DNA from: Vampirovibrio sp.
GTDB lineage: Bacteria > Cyanobacteriota > Vampirovibrionia > Vampirovibrionales > Vampirovibrionaceae
Direction: 5' to 3'
Assembly: GCF_041737375.1 (NCBI RefSeq)
Contig: NZ_JBGSRV010000012.1
Location: forward strand, 94,790 to 158,789
DNA: 64,000 bases
Shown: one piece after another, positions 8,686-16,989 of the stretch
Numbering within the stretch: position 1 is the first letter of the stretch
Layout of the letters: every line of letters begins with the position of its first letter
Position numbers and translations under genes: made by a program
Notes under the pieces: model-generated
The model's input: the letters and a program-made list of their open reading frames with translations, nothing else
The model's database searches: none
Told to the model about the DNA's origin: nothing

Positions 8686-9375
8686 TTAGCGCTCCGACAA
8701 CACGCCCTGATAGTTCAGCAAATCCTGAACGGTTTGCAGCGAGCTGTTTTCTGCTTGCAGCTTTTTAATCAGCGCAAACAAAATGGCCGCGCTCATGCGC
8801 ACATCCGATTCCGCCCGGTGGGGGTTGGGGTTGTGATAGCCCACGGCGGTAGCCACCACAATGCCTTCGTAACTGGGCAGGCTGGGCATGGCTTTTTGGG
8901 CCAGTACTTTGGTGCAAAAAGCCCGGCTCAGGTTGTAGCGCTCGGCGAAAACATCCAGCCCGCTCTGGCTGATTTTTTCTTTCAGAAAGCCCATGTCAAA
9001 GGACACGTTGTGTCCCACAATCAGGGGGGCTTCTCCTAAAAAGCCGGATAACTCGCTCAGGGCCATCACCACTGCCGGAGACTGCCTCACCATTTCATTG
9101 GTAATGCCGGTCAGCAATTCCAGTTCTTCGGGAATGGGTTCGGTGGGCTTTACCAGGGTGGAGTATTTACCGATTTCCACGCCATCTTTAAACTTAATGG
9201 CGGTGACTTCGGTAATGGCGTTCCTTTTGGCGTTCAACCCGGTGGTTTCCAAATCCAGAACCGCAAACACGGCTTCCGATAAAGGGATACGATCCAGCGG
9301 TTTGCGGGCTGTTTGCGTGGAAGCCTCCGAGGAAGCCGCCGGTGTGGCCAAACTGCCAAAAAGGGACTGCTGCAT
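8686..9375 (-). CDS. DnaQ-family 3'-5' exonuclease (DNA polymerase III epsilon-like)
   Basis: 229 aa with Exo I 'VLDLETTGL', Exo II 'GHNVSFDMGFL' and Exo III 'HRAESDV'. Confidence 0.8.
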   Translation of the reverse strand: MQQSLFGSLATPAASSEASTQTARKPLDRIPLSEAVFAVLDLETTGLNAKRNAITEVTAIKFKDGVEIGKYSTLVKPTEPIPEELELLTGITNEMVRQSPAVVMALSELSGFLGEAPLIVGHNVSFDMGFLKEKISQSGLDVFAERYNLSRAFCTKVLAQKAMPSLPSYEGIVVATAVGYHNPNPHRAESDVRMSAAILFALIKKLQAENSSLQTVQDLLNYQGVLSER

Positions 9376-9649
9376 AATGAGGGAAATCCTTTGTCTAACG
9401 AGGATGTTACAACGCTACTACTAACTAACTTACGTACTAACCAAAACTGTTTATTCCACAAATGAATCCGAGAGATTGAGTCGGTTCAAACCGGTGTTGA
9501 ACGTGGTTTTTCTGATGCGTTTCGCCTGATGGTTTTTTAAAAAGCGTTACGCGATTCCCTGTGTACGCATCACCCCTTTTTCTGATTTCATAACAACACA
9601 AATCCACATCAAATCAGCAAAACTGACCTGATAAAATATATTTAAATAA

Positions 9650-9874
9650 ACGCTAATTCTCTATCTCCGGGTGCTTTGTAAAAGCAACCGGATGCTGTGT
9701 CTATTGATACGACTGAATTGAAGCAGACAAGCCTATACCCGTACGTTTACAGCGTAAAATAACGCAAAAACGCATTGGGAACGGCATTGAAGCGATTGCT
9801 CAATGTGTTCCCTTCGATGAATCGATCATACTCGACCCGGTACCAAACTACGAAGCGTAGTAGCTGGCTTTTTT
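9650..9874 (+). ncRNA. Candidate small RNA (unclassified)
   Basis: No ORF of useful length on the + strand. There is an extended -10-like TGATAAAAT near 9640, hairpins at 9667-9691 and 9777-9812, and an orphan + strand terminator at 9843-9874. The 5' end is a guess. Confidence 0.25.
9843..9874 (+). terminator. Orphan rho-independent terminator with no upstream + strand CDS
   Basis: Core stem CTACG-AAG-CGTAG, extended by CCA/TGG pairing, followed by T6. Confidence 0.55.
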
Positions 9875-10022
9875 ACACAATATTTACCGGGCAATGCCTC
9901 AAGCTTTACTGGGTTAGGGTTTGCTATTGTAAACCTGATTGAGGCACACGCAAAACCCCTCTTCCGGGCTATAATATCCCTCAGGAGAGCAAGCGCCAAG
10001 CGGCGAGAGAGAGGTAACTGGA

Positions 10023-10352
10023 ATGGCAGACCCCCATGCCCTGAACCTGATCCAGGAGGAGAAGTTCCTGGAATTCAATAATTTTGTGGATAGTTTGGGC
10101 GGACAAGTTGATTTGACCGGGGCTCACCTGCGTGGATACGACTTGCGCAAGTGTAAGCTGCAAAAAGCCGACTTGACCGGGGCTTATCTCCGCTCGGCAG
10201 ACCTGCGCTCGGTCGATCTGAGCGAGGCAAAGCTGGATGGGGCCAGCATGAAAGAGGCCCGAGTGAGTGGCGTGCTTTTCCCCCGAGAGTTGTCCGCTCA
10301 GGAAATTCAGCTGAGTCTGGCCTCTGGCACCCGCTTGCGGACCAAGTTGTAA
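10023..10352 (+). CDS. Pentapeptide-repeat protein
   Basis: 109 aa with tandem A(D/N)LxX-type pentapeptides ('ADLTGAYLRSADLRSVDLSEAKLDGA'). Confidence 0.8.
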   Translation: MADPHALNLIQEEKFLEFNNFVDSLGGQVDLTGAHLRGYDLRKCKLQKADLTGAYLRSADLRSVDLSEAKLDGASMKEARVSGVLFPRELSAQEIQLSLASGTRLRTKL

Positions 10353-10391
10353 TGAATTGTATTTGATGAGTAATGAATAAAGTGGCCTACT

Positions 10392-11807
10392 GTGTCTCAT
10401 TTTAGCTATCCAGAATTATTAACCGCCTCTCAGGGCGATGCTTTCACGCCGCCCGTTGCTTTCGGCGAGGCCCGGCTATGGACGGACACCCGTTCCATCC
10501 AGCCCGGTGATTTTTTTCTGCCCCTTTCCGGGGAGCGTTTTGACGGGCATCACTACCTGGAACAAGCCTTTGAGGCCGGGGCAGTGGGGGCTTTTGTAGA
10601 ACGCCATCAAGCGGCCCAAAACCCCCAATGGCAAAAGCTGCCGAATTTAATTGCGGTGGATTCGCCGGTTTTGGCCTATTTGGCCATGGCGAGGTATCAC
10701 CGGGAGAAAATTAACCCGGTGGTCATTGCAGTCACTGGCAGTTCGGGCAAAACCACCACCAAAGAGATGTTGTACGCCGCCTTGTCCCCTTTAAAACAAA
10801 CGGTGAAGACCGAGAAGAATTTTAATAATGAAGTGGGTGTTTCTCAAACCTTGCTGGCCTTGCGCCCCGGCACCGAAATTTTAATTGTGGAAATGGGCAT
10901 GCGTGGCCTGCGGCAAATTTGTCTGCTCTCGGAAGCGGCCCGCCCGGATGTGGCCATTATTAACAACATTGGCCCCGCCCATATTGGCCTGCTGGGTTCT
11001 TTAGAAGCCATTGCTCAAGCCAAGCTGGAAGTGGTGGAAGGCATGAACCCGGCTCAGGGCTTACTGGTAATCAATCAGGATACCCCGCACTTGTCTGGCT
11101 TGGCCCCGACGCTTTGGTCGGGTAAAACCGTTTCCTACAGCCTGAACGAAGCGCAAAATTTACAGCCTGCCTTGGAGGCGGGTGTGGAAGGCAGCCGGTT
11201 CACTTATGGGGGCGTCACGGTTACGTTGCCCGTGCCGGGTGAACATATGGTGTCCAATGCCTTGGGCGTGCTTAAAGTGGGCGAGGCGCTCGGGTTTTCC
11301 GCCGCAGCGCTGGCCAGTGGACTGTCTCAATTCAAGCCAGAAAAAGGCCGGGGGGAGCGGGTCATGCTTCAGGGCTACCGGGATGTGTGCGTGATTGACG
11401 ATGCCTATAACGCCAACCCGGATAGCGCCAAAGCCTCCTTAAAAGCGTTTCTGTCCACCGTTAAACCCGGCAAACAGAACTTTTTAGTGATTGGCGGCAT
11501 GAAAGAACTGGGAGACTTCAGCCAGCAATACCACCAGCAGCTGGGCTTTTGGCTGGCCGCTCAACCCCATATCAATGGCCTGTTTACTTTGGGGGAAGAA
11601 GGCCAGTGGCTGGCCGATGCGGCCTCCAGCGCTACCTTCCCGGTGCGCCACGCTCAAGATATCCCGCATTTGGTGCGGCAGTTGACCGAAGGGTCTTTCA
11701 CTCTGGAAAATGCTGTTTTGTACTTAAAAGGCTCCCGAGCTTACCAGTTGGATCAAATTCCGGCGGCGCTGGAGCGAGTTGCGCTTAACCTTGAGGTTCC
11801 TTCATGA
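10392..11807 (+). CDS. murF: UDP-N-acetylmuramoyl-tripeptide--D-alanyl-D-alanine ligase
   Basis: 471 aa, GTG start, Mur-ligase P-loop 'VTGSSGKTTTKEM'. Sits at the head of a dcw cluster. Confidence 0.85.
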   Translation: MSHFSYPELLTASQGDAFTPPVAFGEARLWTDTRSIQPGDFFLPLSGERFDGHHYLEQAFEAGAVGAFVERHQAAQNPQWQKLPNLIAVDSPVLAYLAMARYHREKINPVVIAVTGSSGKTTTKEMLYAALSPLKQTVKTEKNFNNEVGVSQTLLALRPGTEILIVEMGMRGLRQICLLSEAARPDVAIINNIGPAHIGLLGSLEAIAQAKLEVVEGMNPAQGLLVINQDTPHLSGLAPTLWSGKTVSYSLNEAQNLQPALEAGVEGSRFTYGGVTVTLPVPGEHMVSNALGVLKVGEALGFSAAALASGLSQFKPEKGRGERVMLQGYRDVCVIDDAYNANPDSAKASLKAFLSTVKPGKQNFLVIGGMKELGDFSQQYHQQLGFWLAAQPHINGLFTLGEEGQWLADAASSATFPVRHAQDIPHLVRQLTEGSFTLENAVLYLKGSRAYQLDQIPAALERVALNLEVPS

Positions 11808-12793
11808 TTTTGGCCCGCATGGATGCCGTTTTAGCCGCCTTAATTCCCTTTTTGGTCAGCGTGGCTTTGGGTAAGCCCTATATTCAGTTTTTAAAAACCC
11901 GGTACATGGGCCAGTATATTCGGGAAGATGGCCCCCAGAGTCATCAAAGCAAGGCGGGAACACCTACGGCGGGTGGCGTTTTAATCCTGCTTGCTTTCAT
12001 GCTGGGCATGGCCGGGCTGCTGGGGGTGAAAGGTGCTGCCCTGCTCACGCCTGCGGTGGGCTTGGTGCTGGGCATTACCCTGGCCTTTGGTTTGCTGGGT
12101 TTTGTGGATGATTACTTGAAAATTTCCAAAAAGAAAAACAAAGGGGTGTCTGGATATACCAAGCTCGCGGTGCAGGTGGTTGCCGGGTTGGCAGCGGGCT
12201 GGGCTGTGGTGCAGTCCCTGCCGCATGGGGCGGATGTCAGTGTGTTTGGTCTGTTTACCGTGCCTTTGGGGTATCTGTATCCGCTGTTTGCCGCTTTTGT
12301 GATTACCGGGGCTTCTAACGCCGTGAATTTAACCGATGGGCTGGATGGTCTGGCCAGTGGCACCGCCCTGATGACCTTTATCACGTTGGCCCTCATGCTG
12401 TTTGCCACCCATCAGGTTGCGCTGGGCTTGGTGTCGTTGTGCATGGCCGGGGCGGCTTTGGGCTTTTTAATCTTTAACCGCAACCCGGCCCGCATTTTTA
12501 TGGGAGATACCGGCAGTTTGGCTTTGGGCGGCGCTTTTGGGGCGCTGGTGATTTTAGGCAAGCTAGAATGCTGGGCGTTACTGCTGGGCGCTATTTTTGT
12601 GGTGGAAACCCTGTCGGTGATTCTGCAAGTGTATGCTTTTAAAACCACGGGCAAGCGCATTTTTCGCATGAGTCCCCTGCATCACCATTTTGAACTGGGC
12701 GGATGGAGCGAGAACCGGGTGGTGTACAGTTTTGTGACTTTTCAGTTTTTTTGCTGCACCCTGGCGGTTTTTTTGTACAATTTTGCAATGTAA
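11804..12793 (+). CDS. mraY: Phospho-N-acetylmuramoyl-pentapeptide transferase
   Basis: 329 aa polytopic protein with 'NAVNLTDGLDGLA'. ATGA overlap with the murF stop. Confidence 0.92.
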   Translation: MILARMDAVLAALIPFLVSVALGKPYIQFLKTRYMGQYIREDGPQSHQSKAGTPTAGGVLILLAFMLGMAGLLGVKGAALLTPAVGLVLGITLAFGLLGFVDDYLKISKKKNKGVSGYTKLAVQVVAGLAAGWAVVQSLPHGADVSVFGLFTVPLGYLYPLFAAFVITGASNAVNLTDGLDGLASGTALMTFITLALMLFATHQVALGLVSLCMAGAALGFLIFNRNPARIFMGDTGSLALGGAFGALVILGKLECWALLLGAIFVVETLSVILQVYAFKTTGKRIFRMSPLHHHFELGGWSENRVVYSFVTFQFFCCTLAVFLYNFAM

Positions 12794-12806
12794 GTAAAGG
12801 ACAACC

Positions 12807-14240
12807 ATGGCGACACCCAACTGGCAAGGTAAACCGCTCACGGTACTGGGGCTTTCCCGCAGTGGCGCTGCCGTGGCCCGCTATGTGGCCCAGCGGGGGG
12901 GGCAGGTTTTTTTAAGCGAAACCGTTCCGGCTTCCCCGCACAATGAAACCCTGAGGAACACGCTGGCGGGGTTGGGCGTGACCGTGGAAATGGGCGGCCA
13001 TAGCAAGCAATGCTTTATGCATGCCGATCAGGTGGTGGTCAGCCCCGGCATTCCGCCCAGCAGTGAGGCCATTGAGCAACTGCGCATGAGCGGCAAGGAC
13101 GTGATTTCTGAAGTGGAATTCGCCTATCGCCAAGCGCCTCAAATCCCCTTGGTGGGCATTACCGGCACCAACGGAAAATCCACCACCACCACGCTGGTGT
13201 CCTGGATACTGACTCAGGCCGGAAAAAACGCCCCGGCTTGCGGCAATATCGGCATTCCCATTACGGATGTGATCAATACCGAGGTTCTAAATGGGCCAAG
13301 TCCCGACTATCTGGTGGCGGAACTCAGTTCGTTTCAGCTGGAATTTTCGCCCACGCTGAAGTCTAAAGTGTCCATTTTTACCAACTTCAAGCCCGATCAT
13401 CTGGATTGGCATGGCTCTCTGGAAGCGTATCAGGAAGCCAAGCTAAAGCTGTTTACCGGACAGCAATCCCCGGAATGGGCGGTGGTGCTGGCGGATGACC
13501 CCATTAGCCAGAGCGTGGCCAGTCGCACGGAGGGCCAGGTACTGTGGTTCTCCCGAGATCAACACTTGGTGGCCCAGTACCCCAATAAGGCGTATCTGGA
13601 TGAGCGCCAAAATGTGGTGATTCATTTGGCAGACCAAGCGCCGGTTTCCTTGTTTTCGGTGGATACCTTGCAATTAATTGGGGATCATAATTATGAAAAC
13701 GTGTTGGCCAGCGCCGCCACTGCGTTTTTGCTGGGCATTGATTCTGAGGTGATTACTCGGGCCTGCCAGCAGTTTGAAGGTCTGGAGCATCGACTGGAAA
13801 AGGTGGATGTGCTGGGGCCTCGGCAAGTCATTTTTTACAACGATTCCAAAGCCACCAATACCGATGCCGCCATTTCCGCCCTGCGAGCTTTCAAAAGCCG
13901 CAAAGTGATTTTAATTGCGGGCGGTTACGATAAAATGACCCCCTTGGACGACTTTGTGACCGCGGTTCAGGCCAACGCCCAATCGGTTATTTTGTTGGGA
14001 GCGGCCAAGGCCCGTTTTGCGCAGGCCTTTGAGGCCAGTGGCTATCATGCCGTTTCCTTTGCCGATGACTTGGATGCGGCCATCGCTCAAGCCTATCAGT
14101 TGAGCGAAGGTGAGCCGGTGTTGTTTTCCCCGGCCTGCTCCAGTTTTGATCAGTTCAAAAACTTTGAGGAGCGGGGCAAGGCCTTTAAATCAGGGGTGCA
14201 AGCCTTGAAGGCTCATGCGGAAAGCACGGTGAGGTCTTAA
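12807..14240 (+). CDS. murD: UDP-N-acetylmuramoylalanine--D-glutamate ligase
   Basis: 477 aa with 'GITGTNGKSTTTTL'. Position between mraY and ftsW. Confidence 0.88.
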   Translation: MATPNWQGKPLTVLGLSRSGAAVARYVAQRGGQVFLSETVPASPHNETLRNTLAGLGVTVEMGGHSKQCFMHADQVVVSPGIPPSSEAIEQLRMSGKDVISEVEFAYRQAPQIPLVGITGTNGKSTTTTLVSWILTQAGKNAPACGNIGIPITDVINTEVLNGPSPDYLVAELSSFQLEFSPTLKSKVSIFTNFKPDHLDWHGSLEAYQEAKLKLFTGQQSPEWAVVLADDPISQSVASRTEGQVLWFSRDQHLVAQYPNKAYLDERQNVVIHLADQAPVSLFSVDTLQLIGDHNYENVLASAATAFLLGIDSEVITRACQQFEGLEHRLEKVDVLGPRQVIFYNDSKATNTDAAISALRAFKSRKVILIAGGYDKMTPLDDFVTAVQANAQSVILLGAAKARFAQAFEASGYHAVSFADDLDAAIAQAYQLSEGEPVLFSPACSSFDQFKNFEERGKAFKSGVQALKAHAESTVRS

Positions 14241-15451
14241 TGGACAGAGTGTATGGAGCCCCGGCTCGTTATGTAAGCCCCCCCAGCGCCCGGCTGAGTT
14301 ATTATGACGGGCGGGAAGAGTTTGGCGGCTGGGATGGCCCACGGGCCGATGGCGTGGCCCGGTTTGATCATACGTTAATGTACACCACCATGGCTTTGGT
14401 GATGGTGGGTTTAATGTCCGTGTTTACCGCCAGTGCGGCCCAGGCGGATTTGGAAACCGGCAATAGCGTTACCACCCTGTTCAAGCAGCTGATTTCCGTG
14501 GGGATTGGCGGCGGGGCTTTGCTGTTTTTTATGGGCTTTTCCTTTGAGCGTTTGAATCGTTGGGCCATTCCCTTTTCGCTAATTTGCGTGGGGCTGTTGA
14601 TGATGACCATGTTTATGGGCACCACCGCCAACGGAAGCGAACGCTGGATTATGCTGCCCTTTGGTTTCCAGTTCCAGCCCTCCGATTTCGCCAAGGTGGG
14701 GGCCATTGTGTTAATGGCTCAGGCCACCAGCCAGCGTAGTTTATGGGGCATGGGAACCTGGTTGAACGTTATGCTGGTTGGGGTGATGACGGTGTTGATT
14801 TTGCAACAGCCCAACCTGAGTGTGACCATGATTTTGGGCATGCTGACTTTTGCCATGCTCTTTGTGGCCGGGTTGCCCCGCTTTATTGTGTTGGGCTCTT
14901 TGCCCATTTTGGCCTTTGCCATTTATCAAAAAATTCGACATACTGAGTATCAGTGGAAACGCATTGTGGGCTGGCTGAACCCCTGGAATGACGCTCAGGA
15001 TGCTGGCTATAACCTGATTCAGTCCTATTACGCCATTGGATCGGGCGGGCTGGTTGGGGTGGGGCTGGGCAACTCCATTCAAAAGTTGTATTACCTGCCT
15101 TTTCAGCATACCGATTTTATTTTTTCGGTGATTTGTGAAGAGTGGGGCTTTATTGGGGCGGTGATTGTGATTGGTTTGTTTGCCCTGCTGGGCTGGCGGG
15201 GCTTTACCATCGCCTGGCACTGTCCCAGTCGGTTTGGCAAGATGCTGGCCTTTGGCTTAACCCTTGCCATTGTGCTGCAGGCCCTGATTAATATTAGCGT
15301 GACCATTGGCCTGATGCCGGTTACCGGGGTAACCCTGCCGCTAATCAGCTATGGGGGAACCTCCATGATTGTGACCTTGTCCATGATCGGGATGTTATTG
15401 AACGTGTCCAAGGCCCGCCCCGCTCGCTTGCCGCAACACGAGGAGTATTAA
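14240..15451 (+). CDS. ftsW: SEDS-family peptidoglycan glycosyltransferase FtsW
   Basis: 403 aa polytopic protein with 'PSDFAK' and 'LPLISYGGTSM' motifs. TAATG overlap with murD. Confidence 0.85.
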   Translation: MDRVYGAPARYVSPPSARLSYYDGREEFGGWDGPRADGVARFDHTLMYTTMALVMVGLMSVFTASAAQADLETGNSVTTLFKQLISVGIGGGALLFFMGFSFERLNRWAIPFSLICVGLLMMTMFMGTTANGSERWIMLPFGFQFQPSDFAKVGAIVLMAQATSQRSLWGMGTWLNVMLVGVMTVLILQQPNLSVTMILGMLTFAMLFVAGLPRFIVLGSLPILAFAIYQKIRHTEYQWKRIVGWLNPWNDAQDAGYNLIQSYYAIGSGGLVGVGLGNSIQKLYYLPFQHTDFIFSVICEEWGFIGAVIVIGLFALLGWRGFTIAWHCPSRFGKMLAFGLTLAIVLQALINISVTIGLMPVTGVTLPLISYGGTSMIVTLSMIGMLLNVSKARPARLPQHEEY

Positions 15452-15457
15452 GCGCCT

Positions 15458-16597
15458 ATGCGGCTGGTGGTAACAGGTGGGGGCACGGGTGGGCATATTT
15501 ACCCGGCGTTGGCGGTGGCGGAAGCCCTGCAAAGCGATCCTGCCGTGGAATCCATTACCTATATTGGTAAAACCGGCGGGCTGGAAAACGATTTGGTGCC
15601 GCAACACGGCATTGATTTTTTGGGGCTGGAGTTCTATGGCATGCCACGGGTTAAAAGCCTGTTGTTGCCTGTGCAATTGCTGAACTGGTTTGCCAAGCTG
15701 GAGCAGGCCAAGCGAAAGGCCAAGGCATATCTCTCTGACATTCGCCCTAGTGTGGTGTTTGGAACCGGTGGCTATGTGAGCGCCCCGGTTTTAATGGCCG
15801 CCCACGATCTTAAAATTCCGTATGTGGTGCATGAGCCGGACGCCAAGCCGGGACTGGTCAATCAGTTAATGTCCAGAAACGCCGCGGTGATTACCACCAG
15901 TTTTTCGGAAGGGGCGGAGTTGCTGAAGCGAAAGCCCACCCAAGAGGTGCTGGTTACCGGAAACCCCATTCGTGGCAGCATTGGCACCCTGTCCAGACAG
16001 GAAGGCATGAAGTTGCTAGGGCTGGACTGGCCTGATACTCAACCCATTTTACTGGTGACGGGTGGTTCTCAAGGGGCCAGACGTATTAATCAGGCTGTGG
16101 TAGAAGCATTGCCAACCCTGTTAAATGAGCTGGGCTTGGCGGTGGTGCATTTAACCGGCAAAAAGCTGTACGATGAAACTCAGGCTGCGCTGGATGCGGT
16201 GGATGCCTCCTTAAAAACCCATCCTTTCTATCAAATTCGCCCTTATTCCGGTGAAATGGCCGCCTTGCTGGGCGTTGCCGATGTGGCCCTGTGTCGGGCC
16301 GGTTCACTCAGCCTGTCGGAGATGTATGTATGTGGGGTGCCCACCCTTTTGGTGCCTTATCCGCATGCCGCCGCGGATCATCAACGAAAGAACGCTCAGG
16401 CTTCGGTGCGATCCAAGGCCTCCATTTTGATGGAGGATGCCGATTGTAATGGCGCTCGATTGGTTCAGGCGCTTTCTCCACTGATACAAGATTCCGGGAT
16501 GCTGGCTGCCATGAAATCGGCTGCAATTGGCTTGGGACACCCCGATGCCACCACTCGCATCGTGGCATGTCTGAAAAGATTTGGGAACTTTTCTTGA
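15458..16597 (+). CDS. murG: UDP-N-acetylglucosamine--N-acetylmuramyl-(pentapeptide) pyrophosphoryl-undecaprenol GlcNAc transferase
   Basis: 379 aa with 'TGGGTGGHIYPALAVA' and 'GGSQGA'. Confidence 0.9.
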   Translation: MRLVVTGGGTGGHIYPALAVAEALQSDPAVESITYIGKTGGLENDLVPQHGIDFLGLEFYGMPRVKSLLLPVQLLNWFAKLEQAKRKAKAYLSDIRPSVVFGTGGYVSAPVLMAAHDLKIPYVVHEPDAKPGLVNQLMSRNAAVITTSFSEGAELLKRKPTQEVLVTGNPIRGSIGTLSRQEGMKLLGLDWPDTQPILLVTGGSQGARRINQAVVEALPTLLNELGLAVVHLTGKKLYDETQAALDAVDASLKTHPFYQIRPYSGEMAALLGVADVALCRAGSLSLSEMYVCGVPTLLVPYPHAAADHQRKNAQASVRSKASILMEDADCNGARLVQALSPLIQDSGMLAAMKSAAIGLGHPDATTRIVACLKRFGNFS

Positions 16598-16615
16598 AAA
16601 GTTGCGTAAAGACAC

Positions 16616-16644
16616 TTGATCCCGGCTTATCCTCTGGATAGAAT
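16616..16644 (+). promoter_or_regulatory. Sigma70-type promoter for tRNA-Gln
   Basis: TTGATC (16616-16621), 17-nt spacer, TAGAAT (16639-16644). Lies about 28 nt upstream of the mature tRNA 5' end. Confidence 0.5.
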
Positions 16645-16672
16645 GTTAGAACTTTCAATCACATTAACGGAT

Positions 16673-16744
16673 TGGGGCGTCGCCAAGCGGTAAGGCACCT
16701 GGTTTTGGTCCAGGCATTCAGAGGTTCGAATCCTTTCGCCCCAG
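16673..16744 (+). tRNA. tRNA-Gln (anticodon UUG)
   Basis: Folded by hand: acceptor TGGGGCG/CGCCCCA, anticodon stem CCTGG/CCAGG with loop TTTTGGT, T-arm AGAGG-TTCGAAT-CCTTT, discriminator G. No encoded CCA. Close to the E. coli tRNA-Gln sequence. Confidence 0.92.
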
Positions 16745-16750
16745 TTTTTT

Positions 16751-16784
16751 AAAAAAGCCTTTGGTTTTAACCAAGGGCTTTTTT
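16751..16784 (+). terminator. Terminator after tRNA-Gln
   Basis: Stem GCCTTTGG / CCAAGGGC with loop TTTTAA, A-run before and T-run after. Confidence 0.8.
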
Positions 16785-16989
16785 GCTTTGTGGGCTATCA
16801 AGAGACGGTTGGCACCCAGTGGACTGGGAGCGGCCGCAAGCATGGGGGAGTTGCTTGCAGCCTAACCATTAAAAATGGAGGTAGGGTGTTAGCAACAAAA
16901 TCCTATCAATTGTTTTTATGCCATTGTGAGATGGTCAGATAGTCTATCGGATCATTGTGTGGGATAGGGCATAATAGGGGTATGGGGAT

